Shown: positions 37,497 to 50,933, counted from the stretch's first letter. The stretch is DNA of 64,000 bases from Squalus acanthias (GCA_030390025.1 CM059432.1:147562001-147626000); one strand, 5' to 3'. A program made the numbers and translations. The notes: generated from the sequence alone by a model not told the origin.

Positions 37497-38571
37497 GGAA
37501 GGTGGTGGCTAGCATTAATAAACCTGAAAAATTCTCTGAATGCTCCTGAAGCCAAGTAGAAAACACACTGGAAGCAGCATTGCAGTAATGGTGCACACCC
37601 AGTCTTACCTGTCAGAGTGTAGCCTCATGCCCCTAACTCAATATGACATATATGATGGTGCCTGGGATTTCCACCCGTCCGGTTTTGGCCTGCTGTCTGA
37701 GCTGAGTGTCTTAAAGCCATATACACTGCTTTTACCAAGAAGTACTCTAAATGTATTTTTGCATGCTATTTATAATGCACTACTAAAAGGGTGGGAGTGC
37801 ATGGACTTCAAGCAGTTAGTTTCACACAATATGATTGCATTGTTAGAATTAAAAAAAACACATAGGTCTAAAGAAGCAGGCAAAATAACTTATTTGCAAT
37901 GCATTAGACATTCATGTACTAATACACAGCATGATTGCATCTCACATATGATTGCTCAAGCCAGAGCTTAGCTGAGACAGAGTTTAGCATGGGGCATGAT
38001 TTCTATAAAGTGCATAGAAACATAGAAAAATAGGAGCAGGAGTAGGCCATTCAATATGATCATGGCTGATCCTCTATCTCAATACCATATTCCTGCTCTC
38101 TCCCCATACCTCTTGATGTCTTTTGTGTCTAGAAATCTATCTGTCTCCTTCTTAAATATATTCAGTGACTTGGCCTCCACAGCCTTCTGTGGTAGAGAAT
38201 TCCACAGGTTCACCACAGTGAAGAAATTTCTCCTCATCTCAGTCCTAAATGTCCCAGCCCGTATCCTGAGACTGTGACCCCTCGTTCTAGTGCAGGGCTA
38301 ATCTTGCTCTCTGGCTGGTTCTCCAGCGCATAGTCCCATCCAGCTGGAAGCAGAGCTTCACAAAATTGGCCATAAGCTTGATTCAAGCTTGGTGACGTGG
38401 GGGGGATTCAGGCCCTCGTCTGAAGACAGTTGAGTTAGGGGCATGAGGCTACACTCTGACAGGCTGGGTGTGTACCATTACTGCAAAGGCTGCTTCCACT
38501 GTGTTTTCTACTTAGTTTTGGAAGCATTAAGAGAATTTTTCAGGTTTATTACTTCTAGCCACCACCTTCCA
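37497..38571. repeat. Inverted repeat pair with ~140-bp arms (37497-37641 and 38430-38571)
   Basis: ggaaggtggtggctag..gcctcatgcccctaactcaa versus its diverged reverse complement. Confidence 0.8.
38014..38290 (-). mobile_element. CR1 3' fragment
   Basis: catagaaacatagaaa tail and RRNFFT-like relic. Confidence 0.8.
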
Positions 38572-38594
38572 TGTAAAATCAGCAATGTTTAGTA

Positions 38595-41195
38595 GAGTAG
38601 AAAATCCAACAGAATACAGAAAGTGAAAAAAAAAATAAGAAGGGGAAAGAGAGTATATAAGAAAAGATTAGCGAGAACATAAAAGGGAACACTAAAGTAT
38701 TTTATAAACATATAAATAGTAAAAGGGTAGTCCAGGGAAGGGTGGGGCTGATTAGGGACCAAAAAGGAAGTCTTCCTGTGGAGGCAGAGGGCATGGCTGA
38801 GGTACTAAATGAGTACTTTACATCTGTCTTCACTAGAGATGAGGATGGAGAAATTAGATAGGTTAAAAATAGATAAAGAGGAGGTGCTTAAAAGGTTGGC
38901 AGTGTTCAAAGTAGAAAAGTCACCCGGTACAGATGCATCCTTGGTTGCTGAGGGAAGGGTGGAAATAGCAGAGGCTGTGGCCACAGTGTTTCAATCCTCC
39001 TTGGATATGGGAGCGGTGCCAGAGGACTGGAGGATTGCAAATGTTACCCCCCTGTTCAAAAAAGGGGAGAGAGATAAACCCAGCAACTACAGTCCAGTCA
39101 GCTGAACGTTGGTCATGGGGAAACTTTTGGAGACCATAATCATGACAAAGTTCATTCTTGCTTGGAAAACGTGTGTTAATAAATGACAGCCAGCACAGAT
39201 TTGTTAAAGGCAAATCGTGTCTGACAAACTTAATTGGGCTTTTTGATGAAGTAACGGAGAGGGTTGATGAGGGTAGTGTGACTGATGTGTATATGGACCT
39301 TCAGAAGATCTTTGATAACGTGCCACATAATAGGCTTATTAGCAAAACTGAAGCCCATGGGATTAAAGGGGCAGCGGCAGCACGGATACAAAATTGGCTC
39401 AGGGATAGAAAGCAGAGAGTAGTGGTGAACGGTTATTTTTTAAACTGGAGGAAAATGTGCAGTGGTGGTCCCCAGGGATCGGTGTTGGACCCACTGCTCT
39501 AATGACCTGGACTTAAAAGGGCATCATTTCAAAGTTTGCAGATGACGCGAAACTCGGAAATGTAGTAAACAATGAGGAGGATAGTAACAGACTTCAGGAG
39601 GACATAGACAGACTGGTGAAATGAGCAGACACATGGCAGATTAAATTAAATGCAGAGAAGTGTGAAATTATGCATTTTGGTAGGAAGAATGAGGAGAGCC
39701 AATATAAACTAAATGGTACAATTTTGAAGGAGTTCAGGAATAGAGAGACAGGATCCAGCACGTAAGTACTTTTCCAGCACTGCTTGTGGGCCAAGAGGAG
39801 AAGGAATGCTTCCTCCAGGTCACAAACTAACCTGCGGTGATCTGCATCCCTCCCCGTAATCCGATGCTGATGCACCCCGCGCGATCCAATCCCCCCGCCT
39901 TCCAACTCCCCGCGATCCAATTCCCCGCCTTCCAACCCCCCGCGATCCAAAACCCCCCGCCTCCCAACCCCCACGATCCAATCGCCCCGCCTTCCAAACA
40001 CCCCACCTTCCGAACACCTCTGCAATCCAAAACCCCCGCGATCCAATCCCCCCGCGATCCGAACCCCCCGCGATCCAATCCCTGCGGACCATCCGATTCC
40101 CCCTGTGATCCGATCCCCCCGTGATCCACTCCCTGCCGACCATCCGATTCCCCCTGTGATCCGATCCCCCCGTGATCCACTCCCTGCCGACCATCCGATT
40201 CCCCCTGTGGTCCGATTCCCCCGCGATCTGATCCAATCTCCCCACGTTCCAATGCCCCCACCATCCGATGCCCCCACGATCCGATTCTGACCTCACCACA
40301 GCCTCCCCTCCCTGCGATCTCCCCCACCCCACCTGCGATATCTTCCTCCCCCCCACCCTGGTCTCTACCTCCCTCCCTCCCTCCCTCCTCTCCGCTCCAT
40401 GGCTGCGGCCTTCTATCGCATGGCTTCCCGCCCGACAGCCAGGAAGCCTCTCAATCTGGCCAGCTGCCACGCAGGAAATGGAGAATAAAAATTTAAATAA
40501 GGTCCTGGCATTAAATTCAGCAGGACCTCTGTGTTCCCCGGATTTCTGGTTTTCCCAGCTGATAAAAGTCGCCTCTGCTCCCTCCCCTCCTACCCGTAAA
40601 TATTAGGACCACAGAGTACAAAAGCAAGAAAATTATGCTAAACCTTTATATAGCACTGGTTAGCCCACAGCTGGAGTATTGTGTTCAATTCTGGGCGCCA
40701 CACTTTAGGAAGGATGTCAAGGCCTTGGAGAGGGTGCAGAAGAGAATTACTGGAATGGTACCAGGGATGAGTGACTTCAGTTTTGTGGAGAGCCTGGAGA
40801 AGCTGAGGTTGTTCTCCTTAGAGCAGAGAAAGTTAAAAGGGAGATTTGAGTGAGATGTTCAAAATGATGAAGGGTTTTGATAGCGTAAATAAGGAGAAAC
40901 TAGTTCCAGTGGCAAAAGGGTCAGAAACCAGAGGACACAGATTGAAGATAATTGGCAAAAGAACCAGGGGGGAGATGAGGAGAAATATTTTTATGCAGCG
41001 AGTTGCTATGATCTAGAATGCACCACCTGAAAAGTTGGTGGAAGCAGATATCTTTCAAAGGGAATTGGATGAATTCTTGAAAAGACAAAGGTTTGCAGGG
41101 CCATGAGGAAAGAGGGGGCAAGTGGGGCTAGCTCTGTCAAAGGACCAGCGCAGGCAGGATGGGTCGAATGGATTCCTTCTGCACTGTCTGATTCT
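38595..41195 (+). mobile_element. CR1 LINE ORF2 relic with a MITE-like insert
   Basis: VPEDWRIANVTPLFKKG, SCLTNL, KFADD and [11 protein letters not shown]. Confidence 0.9.
39752..40610. mobile_element. Truncated MITE-like insert in a CR1, with a C-rich CGATCC-based repeat core
   Basis: Interrupts the CR1 ORF2 relic. Right end taaatattaggacc is TIR-like. Internal degenerate repeats at 39874-40290 include a 51-bp unit present about 3 times. Confidence 0.6.
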
Positions 41196-41447
41196 ATGAT
41201 TTGCTGCTGGGAAAAAAATATGAACGATAGAAATCTGGCCAATCCTGGCCCCTCTGATAATGCCAGCTTCACACTTCCTGAGTGCCTTAACAGCCACTTC
41301 ACGAGTGTTGTGCATCACCTGCTGATGTGAGACCAGCTGCAGGGGGCACAATTCCAGGGCTACTGTGTCAGAAGGGTTAGTTATAAGGCTCAGGGTTTCG
41401 TATGTAGCAGAGCAACTATCTCGGCAGGGAAGTGGCTTTGAGCCCAG

Positions 41448-41900
41448 GATCAGCCATGATCTCATTGAATGGCGGAGCAGGCTCGAGGGGCCAAGAGGCC
41501 TATTCCTGCTCCTATTTCTTATGTTCTTATACAAGATTCTGAGGGGGATTGATAGGGTAGATGCTGAGAGGTTGTTTCCCCTGGCTGGAGAGACTAGAAC
41601 TAGGGGGCATAGTCTCAGGATAAGGGGTCGGCCATTTAAGACTGAGATGAGGAGGAATTTCTTCACTCAGAGGGTTGTGAATCTTTGGAATTCTCTGTCC
41701 CAGAGGGCTGTGGGTGCTGAATCATTGAGTATATTCAAGGCTGAGATAGATAGATTTTTGGACTCCTGGGAATCAAGGGATATGGAGATCGGGCGGGAAA
41801 GTGGAGTTGCGATCCAAGATCAGCCATGATCTTATTGAATGGTGGAGCAGGCTCGAGGGGCCAAGTGGCCTATTCCTGCTCCTGTTTCTTATGTTCTTAT
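41448..41900 (+). mobile_element. CR1 3' fragment preceded by an extra copy of its own 3' tail
   Basis: The tail gatcagccatgat..cctgctcct..cttatgttcttat occurs at ~41448-41530 and ~41818-41900. Confidence 0.85.
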
Positions 41901-43745
41901 AACGGCACATCAGGAAGCTTGATTCACCGACGGGTCTCTGTGTGAATTTGTAGCTGTGGTCCTGGAAAGGAGGGAGGCTAATTTGGGAGGCAACGGAAGC
42001 CAATACAACCAGCCCAGGGTCCTATTATGCCAGGACCAACACTGTATTTATAAAAGCTTTCTCCCTCCCCCGCCCCAGACCACGGATGAGGTCAGGAAGA
42101 AGTTTAATCACCTCCGTTCGTCCGTGAAAGATAAGTTCGACAGTTTTCAACCACAAGAACTGGCATTATTATTGCATCTTTAACATAGAAAATCATCCCA
42201 AAGTGCTTTATCGAAGTGTATCACAAAGCAAACCTAAAAGGACAGATATGGATTGTGAGGACATATCTGGCATCTGCTTGTAATGCAAGCATCTTGCTGC
42301 CAATACAGCATCAGCCTAATATGATATGACACAAAATTAATTTCCAAACGGTTGACAAAAAAAGTCAGACCCCCACGTACCAAGAAAATGTGACTTCCAA
42401 TAAGGATAGGAGACTCTCGGATACGGAGCGACAGGGGCTTTACGGGAAAAATGCATCCATCTCTACTGCCATTCACTTTAAGCAGTGCCAGATGTATGAG
42501 TTGGCACAGGAAGATTTGATTGGCACATATTGTTGTGAGATTTTCAAATACCACCTCTAATAGATAAGAGGAGCAAGCGAAGCAACTGAAGGAGGAATCA
42601 CAGCCTTCCACATCACTGAATCACCGACTCTATAGGATAGGGTGCTACAGCTGGGGTTATTCACTGAACAGCACTGTTGGGAAGTATTCAGACAGCCCTG
42701 CCCATTCCAACTGTTCTCCAGGCCTGTCTGAGGAAGATCCGATGTCTCAGTGTAGCCCTTTGAGTAGAGGATGCTGGACCACGTGCATCGAGTGCCCACT
42801 CTATTTTTCTATTTGTCTCCACGGGGATATCTGTGTAGCAACCTCTGGCAGCGTTGGAGCAATTTGTGTCCAACATCTCAAGCATTCTGAACAGCACGGG
42901 TAAAGTAGTTGAGAAAGGCTTCTCAAGCCTCAGGTTGGAAGTGTAGGACATGCCAGCCAGTGCAGCATCTTCACTTCTTTAAGTGACACCGTAAGCACAG
43001 TGTGGAACTCTCACGTAGATTCTCACCCTGAAGCTCCAACAGCCTTGGCTGATAAAATGCAGGAAGCTGCGAGGGTCGGCTTCGACACATTGGTTGCACC
43101 AAGAGGGATTGCAACAACTCAAAACAGGTGCATCGGTCCGGGTACAACAGCAGACTAGCATCCCTCGTGAAAATAAGCCCCCCGCCCCCCACCCCGCAGT
43201 TTGGGGCAGGACAGCGAGCAGAGTCTTTCAGCTGACTTCCACCTTGCTGGCTGTCTTGTGGCAACACCGACAGAAGTATCAGGGGAAGGCTTGAATATAG
43301 AGGGCACAGCATCTCAGGGAACTCTGGGTCTGATGCTGGCGCAGCATGGTGGCTGCTGGCTAGAGATAGAGGGACTTCTGTTTCCCCTGAAGTAGAAGGA
43401 TCCTCAGGAATCACGGTATGCAGTGGGAGATGAGGACACCTATGGCTCGGAGCACAAGTGTGTACGCGATGAGTGCAGCCGCGTACACAGAGTAAATTCA
43501 TCTTGTCTGTTTGTTTGGTGCCACCCGTTTCTATTGACTGTAGTTACCCTTGTAACTTGCTGCAAATGAGGAAGTTTGCATGGCAAAAGTAACTGCACTC
43601 TTCAATTTTGCTCACATTTCTCGTGAAGCCGATGGCCCCAATCCATGTAGGAGATACCATTTGAAGCAATATACACAGCCATTGCCCTTTTGAACACACT
43701 CTTTTATTATGCCCAAGCTGCATGCAACTACTTTCTTGAAGTGGC

Positions 43746-44147
43746 CATGATGTGGAGATGCCGGTGTTGGACTGGGGTGGACAAAAGTGAGAAGTCACAC
43801 AACACCAGGTTATAGTCCAACAGTTTTATTTGAAATTACGAGCTTTCGGAGCGCTGCTCCTTCGTCAGGTACAGTGGTATCTTGCTAGTTGTATCTTGCT
43901 ATGTCTTTGATATAATGCCTTCCTGACTGACCTGATTGTCTCTCTGCCGAGGTGTGATAAAAGGCAGTCAGAAAGATTAGCTGTAGTTGTCTGACATTGT
44001 ACTCTGCACAGACATTGTTCTCTGTCTATATATGCTTTGCCGATTCGTATTCCTTCACTTCACCTGACGAAGGAGCAGCAGCTCCGAAAGCTTGTGATTT
44101 CAAATAAAACTGTTGGACTATAACCTGGTGTTGTGCGACTTCTCACA
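43746..44147. mobile_element. Second fold-back Penelope mini-element, reverse orientation, ~190-bp spacer
   Basis: Same tail and arms (43787-43870 and 44062-44147), with a hammerhead motif in each arm. Confidence 0.85.
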
Positions 44148-45200
44148 ATATTAAAAAGGAGAGTCGAGAAGATGGATTGGAGCTAAATGAAACTGCTGTA
44201 GACACAAAAGCCCGCAGAAATTTATATAAAGCACAAGCACACTTAGCTTACCGATCCAAAAGTCTGAGTGTAGAAATCCCTGTTGGCAATGTCATCATAC
44301 AAATGTTTAACACCCTCGTTCCAAATTCCTGGGCCTGTTATTTTAACAGAGGCGTACACCCATTTATTTGTAGTGGCTCTGCTTACACAGCAGAGAGAGG
44401 GATACAGGGACAAAGCCAGCAGTAATATGTACAGCTTCACATGCCTTAGCATCAGCGCACAGAGGAGCAGCTGCCAGACAAATCCACACTCTTTCTTTTG
44501 ACTGGTTTCCAAATTTGCATACAATATCAGGTCAAATGATTCAATTCCACCAGGATGTCCTGTCAGGCACAGTGAGCCTTTTATTGAGAACAACTGTATT
44601 TGAGCAGATCAGCCATGATGTAGACTGTGTGCACAGACACCGTGTTAAGAACAAATGAGCCAAATTGTGTTCAAGTCAGCAGGGACGCTGAATATGTTAC
44701 TTATTTTGAAGCTTTTATTCAAAACATTTAGATTACTGAAATAAAACAGCTTCTAAAGCACAAGCTGGCAACCATGTATTAATTAGAGGCCAGGAATTCA
44801 CTGCCCAAGTGTTTTGCTGATTTCCTTGAGATCTCACACATAAATGAGAGGATCCTAGATATAAGGGGCCGAAAATCCGTGGGCTGTGATTACTCCTGGA
44901 TCGTGCCCACCGATACCCTCCAACAATGACCAAGCCCGAATTAGAGCACCTGATTTGAACTGGGCCAGTGGGCACCTGCCCCATGCAACGGAAAAGCTGG
45001 ATAAGCCAGTGCCTGCCTGCCGGGGGTTGGGTGGGGGGGGGGAGGGTGCGGGGGGAATTGCTCAGTTCACTGCTTCTCCTGAGACCCCAGCCTGTGTAAA
45101 GGGGTAATCAAGAAATTTTGAACAACAAGAATTGCCCATTCCTGGCCTGACTAACCTGTACACCCCTCCCCCATCGCCCGGTCCATCTGGAGACTGGTCC

Positions 45201-45707
45201 ACCTCATCTCACTGGGCATTGTTAGCCTGCGGTACACCTCATCTCACTGGGCATTGTTAGCCTGCGGTACACCTCATCTCACTGGGCATTGTTGGCCTGC
45301 AGTACACCTCATCTCACTGGGCATTGCTGGCCTGCGGTACACCTCATCTCACTGGGCATTGTTGGCCTGCGGTACACCGGATCTCACTGGGCATTGTTGG
45401 CCTGTGGTCCACCTCATCTCACTGGGCATTGTTGGCCTGCGGTACACCTCATCTGACTGGGCATTGTTAGCCTGCGGTACACCTCATCTCACTGGGCATT
45501 GCTGGCCTGCGGTACACCGGATCTCACTGGGCATTGTTGGCCTGTGGTACACCGCATCTCACTGGGCATTGCTGGCCTGCGGTACACCGGGTCTCACTGG
45601 GCATTGCTGGCCTGCGGTACACCGGGTCTCACTGGGCATTGCTGGCCTGCGGTACACCTCATCTCACTGGGCATTGCTGGCCTGCGGTACACCTCATCTC
45701 ACTGGGC
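45201..45707 (+). repeat. 35-bp minisatellite, about 14.5 copies
   Basis: Unit acctcatctcactgggcattg(t/c)t(a/g)gcctgcggtac repeated head-to-tail with no spacers. Confidence 0.95.
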
Positions 45708-46574
45708 AGGGAAGTAGGTACTCTTGGCATAGGGAGTTCATGCCCCGGCTGCAGCCCTTACAAGGCCGACCAGGAACTCCTGAGATTGGTGGGGGATCCG
45801 GCACAAGTGGGTCGCTGTTTTCCAATGGGTTCCGCAAGAGTAATGGGAATCCCTAAGGAATCTCAAGACTAATAACCTCAACTTAGTTTATTTAAGCCCT
45901 GTTTGCATTCCAAAAAGGGTCACTTAAACGTGAACCATAGAAGATTAGAGTGCAGAGGAGGCTAATCTGCCCATCGTATCTGTGCTGACTCTTTGCTACA
46001 GCATTTCAGAACTGGCTTGGTCTTTCCCCGCCGCCTTATATTTTCCTTTGCTTATAACATTTATCCAATTTTCCCTCACAAGATGCAGTGGTCTCTGCAT
46101 CAACCATTCCCCGGGACAAAGCATTCCATACCCCAATACCCCTTGTTGGAGCATAACAAAGAAAACAACACAATTGTCTCTTCTGAGTCTGTTAACCCTG
46201 CACTCTTTCTGGATTTTAACACTGGAGAGAAAAAAAAGATAAGAACAAACCAGTCCATAGTCCATCAGAGTGAGCTGGCAATGGGCTGAGCTAGGAACAG
46301 GGAGCAGGATATCAGAGAAGAGATGGATTTCAAAAGGGAAGGTCTTGCTTGACCAGCCTCATTGAATTCTTTGAAGAGGTAACAAAGAGAGTAGACAACG
46401 GTAATGCAGTAGATTTCTAAAGCTTTCAAATAAGGTACCACATAATAGACTAATGAAAAAGGGAAGAACAAGTGGAGTCACGGGACAAGTCATCGTCACT
46501 GGGTCAAAATCCTGGAACTCCCTACCTAACAGCACTGTGGGAGTACCTTCACCATCCGGAATGGATAGCTAGCT

Positions 46575-47437
46575 GGCTTTTTTTAAATTCGTTCATGGGA
46601 TGTGGGCGTCGCTGGCAAGACCAGCATTTATTGCCCATCCCTAGTTGCCCCTTGAGAAGGTGGTGGTGGTGAGCCGCCTTCTTGAACCGCTGCAGTCCGT
46701 GTGGTGAAGGTGCTCCCACAGTGCTGTTAGGGAGGGAGTTCCAGGATTTTGACAAAGTGACGATAAAGGAACGGCGATATACTTCCAAGTCAGTATGTGA
46801 CTTGGAGGCGAACTTGGAGGTGGTGGTGTTCCCATGCATCTGCTGTCCTTGTCCTTCTTGGTGGAAGAGGTCGCGGGTTTGGGAGGTGCTGCCGAAGAAG
46901 TTTTGGTTAGTTGCTGCAGTGCATCTTGTAGATGGTACACACTGCAGCCACGGTGCGCCGGTGGTGGACGGAGTGAATGTTTAAGGTGGTAGATGGTGGA
47001 AAAGCTTTGGGCAGTCAGGACGTGAGACACTTGCTGCAGAATACCCAGCCTCTGACCTGCTCTTGTTGCCACAGTATTTATGTGGCTGGCCCAGTTAAGT
47101 TTCTGGTCAATGGTGACCCTCAGGATGTTGATGGCGGGGGATTTGGCGATGGTAATGCCATTGAATGTCAAGGGGCGGTGGATAGACTCTCTCTTGTTGG
47201 AGATGGTCATTGCCTGGTACTTGTGTGTTGCGAATGTTACCTGCCACTTATTAGCCCAAGCCTGAATGTCGTCCAGGTCTTGCTGCAGGTGGGCATGACT
47301 GCTTCATTATCTGAGGAGTTCCAAATGGAACTGAACACTGTGCAGTCATCAGTGAACATCCCCATTTCTGACCCTATGATGGAGAAAAGGTCATTGATGA
47401 AGCAGCTGAAGATGGTTGGGCCTAGGACACTGCCTGA
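46575..47437 (-). mobile_element. LINE 3' relic (CR1/L2-like family with poly(A) end); shorter plus-strand copy at ~25450-25828
   Basis: ILRVTIDQKLNW..HI, SKSWNSLPNS..LQRFKKAAHHHLL and an AATAAA plus A-rich end shared by both copies. Confidence 0.8.
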
Positions 47438-47589
47438 GGAGGCTGCAAGACAGAAAGCAGTGAGTAGGGGTAAAGTGTAGCTATTCAGACTGGCAAAAGA
47501 TGGGAAGTGGGGTCTTACAAGGATCAGTGCTGGGACCAGTGTTGTTCACAATTTATATTAACGATTTAGACTTTGGAATCAAAAACACA

Positions 47590-49337
47590 GGCTGCGAAAT
47601 TCGGGGGTTTAGCGCTGGCCGTTAAGGCCAGTTTTTCTGTAAAAATGGCTGCCACCTCGCTTCCCCCCGCTTCCGGCGGGTCCCGCGACAGCCGCCATTT
47701 TGGGGAGGTCAGTAGTACTTCCGTTGCCAACACTCGCTCCACATATTTAGATAAAGCAGATTGTGCGTCAGTGAGTGTGCAACGTTGATTTGACGCACGA
47801 TCTGCCATTTTCGACGTTGCCGCTCCACTTACCGCCCTCTCGTAATCACAACCAGCTGACCAAGTGTTCAGCAGCAGGAAGGCGCTATTCAAAGGGATCA
47901 TCAACAACTTGCAGCTGACTGGCTTTTTCAGTTCTACTGGCTCTGTCTAAGTTTGTGCAACTGTTTGCAGCTTTCTAAAGTTATTTAAAATTGCTGAGGT
48001 GACGGAGTGTTGCTGCAAGTGGAGAAGGTCTTGCTTCTCATTGAAAGGGTTCTGCTCACACCACTTGCTCCCAGTCATTGGGGGCTCTACTTGCTGTCCC
48101 CCTCGCACTCGAGTATGACAGGGAGATGGAGCGGAGGCAGTGAAGAAGAGGACAAGATGGGTGCAAAGGGAGAAGGAGGAGGAGGAGGAGGGGCAGGAGG
48201 GCTCTCAGCAGGAGGCCTTACCTACCTAGGGTCTTTCGAGAGCACTCTCCTTCCTGCACTTAAGCCAGGAGCAGTGTCTTAGGAGGCTGCAGTTCACCAA
48301 GGGTGTGGTCACAGAACTCTGCCACCTCCTGCAACCAGACCTGGCGCCTCAGAGCAGAGCAAGCTGTTGGACCATGGCTTCCTTTCAACTGACAATGAGA
48401 TGCTTCTGCAACAAAGCACCTCCCCTTTAAGTAGTGGAGAGAGCCTAGGCCAAACTTTATTGGCCATTAGACTGCACCTGATATTGGCCCCCCCCCCATT
48501 GAGCGCTAAGCCAATCAGCAGCACGTTTAGCACTGAGATCAGCGCTGCAATCATTTTAATGAGCAGGCAGCATGAATTTTGCGTGCTACCTGCACCACTT
48601 AGACACATAGGGCTGGATTTTGATACTGGGGCGGGTTGGGGTCGTGTCATCCACTTTTCGTGTTATCCACCTGACTGCAATTGGATGTGGGAGATTGATG
48701 CAATTTTCACCTAATTGAGCAATTGAGTTCCAGCATGTGGGAACCCATGACCCAATTAGTGGTTTCAGTCTGAAAGTCGCCTCTGATGATGTCATCATTG
48801 CTGCTGCATTGAAGGTCTGCAAAGACTGCCTGGCCTTTGCTGTGAGAGGACCTGGATGCAAAATGAGCAGCAGCAGCAGCCCTAAGTCTGCTCCCAGATA
48901 TTTTTGCACCACCACTCCCAGATATGTCATCCATCCAGCCAGCCAGCTCGCTCCAAATGTGCTCCCGCCAGGTTTCACATTCGTGGTTCAGAACAGGCGT
49001 GCTTCACGTAGAAAAAGGGTTAAAATCGCAAAGGCCTTTCAAAATGGCATTATAGAGGCAATATAGTGCTTGTTAAGGGCCTTAACAGCCTATCCCGCCT
49101 CTTAGAGGCGGGACGGAGTCGGGACCAGCAGACACGATTTAATGAAAATTGCGTGGAGGCGGGATGGAGGCGGACTTGTGCCCGCCCACCAGTTTTCGCA
49201 ATTTTAACCCCCCACACGCCTCCAAACCCACCTCCATGGGTCAATGAAAATCCAGCCCATAGTGCTGGGTGATTTCCCCACAAATAGTGCTGGGTGATTT
49301 CCCCACCCGATTTCGGGCCTTATCCAATTTTTGGACC
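47590..49337 (+). mobile_element. Non-autonomous Harbinger carrying a transposase 5' relic, inserted in a CR1
   Basis: Imperfect TIR GGCTGCGAAATT / AATTTTTGGACC with ACA TSD. Removal restores CR1 sequence aaaaacacaatttctaaatttgc. Relic QEQCLRRLQFTKGVVTELCHLLQPDL at about 48265-48345. Confidence 0.85.
48610..49258 (+). mobile_element. Harbinger-type MITE, family C, nested in another Harbinger derivative
   Basis: Perfect TIR GGGCTGGATTTT with ATA TSD. Confidence 0.92.
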
Positions 49338-50933
49338 ACAATTTCTAAATTTGCGGACGACACCGGGGGGAGGGGTAGTCAGTTACTGAGGAGGACTGCA
49401 ACAACTTACAAGAAGGCATTAATAAACTTGCAGAATGGGCATATAATTGGCAAATTAATTTCAACACAGATAAGTGTGAGGTATTACATTTTGGTAAGAA
49501 AAATAAAGAGGTCACATATTACTTGGAAAATAAGAATCTAAATGGGCTAGAAGAGCAAAGGGATCTAGGAGTACAAATTCACAAATCACTAAAAGTTGCG
49601 ACGCAGGTCAATAAGGCCATAAGAAAAGCAAACCAAGCACTCGGGTTTATTTCTAGATGGATAGAATTGAAAAGCATAAAAGTTATGCTAAACTTATATC
49701 GAACCTTGGTTAGACCATACTTGGGGTACTGTGTACAGTTCTGGTCGCCATATTATAAAAAGGATATAGAGGCACTGGAAAGGGTGCAAAAAGATTTACA
49801 AGGATGATACCAGAAATGCGAGGTTGTACCTATCTGGAAAGGATGAACAGGCTGGGTCTCTTTTCTCTTGAAAAGAGAAGGCTGCGGGGCGACCTAATAG
49901 AGGTCTTTAAAATTATGAGAGGTTTTGATAGAGTAGATGCAGAGAGAGTGTTTCCACTTGTGGGGAAGAGCAAAACTAGAGGCCATCAATATAAGATAGT
50001 CACCAAGAAATCAAATAGGGAATTCAGGAGAAACTTCTTTACCCAGAGAGTGGTGAGAATGTGGAACTCGCTGCCACAGGGAGTGGTTGAAGCGAATAGT
50101 CTCGATGCATTTAAGGGGAAGCTAGATAAGCATATGAGGGAGAAGGGAATAGAGGGTTACGCTGATAAATTTAGATGAGGAAAAACGAGAGGAGGCTCGA
50201 GTGGAGCATAAACACCGGCATGGACTGGTTGGGCCGAATGGCCTGTTTCTGTGCCGTATATCCTATGTAATCTACGAGATGAATCTTGATGTGCTTGAGA
50301 CCAAGATGAGTGATATTGTGATGGATAAAAGGAAGATTTTAGATAACTTATTTAAGCTAAGGGAAAAGAAAGTGCCAGGGCCTGATGGGATACATCCGAG
50401 GATTCTGAAGGAGTTGAGCGAGGAAATTGCAGATTCCTGTGATGCAAAAATGTAGCAGCAAATAGCAGCAAAAATTCACGCTCCAAAAATATCGTAGAAA
50501 CAGCTGCATGACAGTTGAAAATAAGAAGAGAACTTATAATGCAGCAACAGTAAATGGCCATCCGCACCTGTAAGAACCCAAGGTCTGGAAGCCGGAGCAG
50601 GAAGTGCCAGTGGAAGTGAAGAGGAAGTTGAAAATAATGGTGGGTTGCAATGTGGGACCAATTTAAATAAAAAATGGCTATAATTTCACAAAATAGTGAG
50701 GCTCACGCATCAAGATGTACCAAAAATAAAGCCATCATTCACTAAATCTAGTCCGCCATGAACACTCGCGCCTACTTGGCTGATTCAGTGAGGTATGCTC
50801 AGAGAATGCATGTTCGGATTGGTCCTGATCTGATCTGAGTCTTTCAGTTGATGCAGCCAATACGTTTCTCCTACAGTGTAAGTGGGATACTATATCCTAG
50901 GTGAAATGTTTATGCACTGGAGTGTGTACTTAC

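Larger units (their letters stand above)
47480..50275 (+). mobile_element. CR1 LINE 3' half, interrupted by Harbinger 47590-49337
   Basis: [18 protein letters not shown] before the insert; ISKFADD..RRNFFTQRVVRMWNSLP after it. Confidence 0.9.

Noticed and set aside
39594..40470. Gly/Arg-rich ORFs of 166-227 aa
   Set aside because: Products of a C-rich tandem repeat lacking stop codons.
45201..45707. CRISPR-like array of 35-bp repeats
   Set aside because: Units are contiguous with no unique spacers, there are no cas genes and the context is vertebrate. It is a minisatellite.
45254..45872. Repetitive ORFs up to 200 aa
   Set aside because: Translations of the 35-bp minisatellite.
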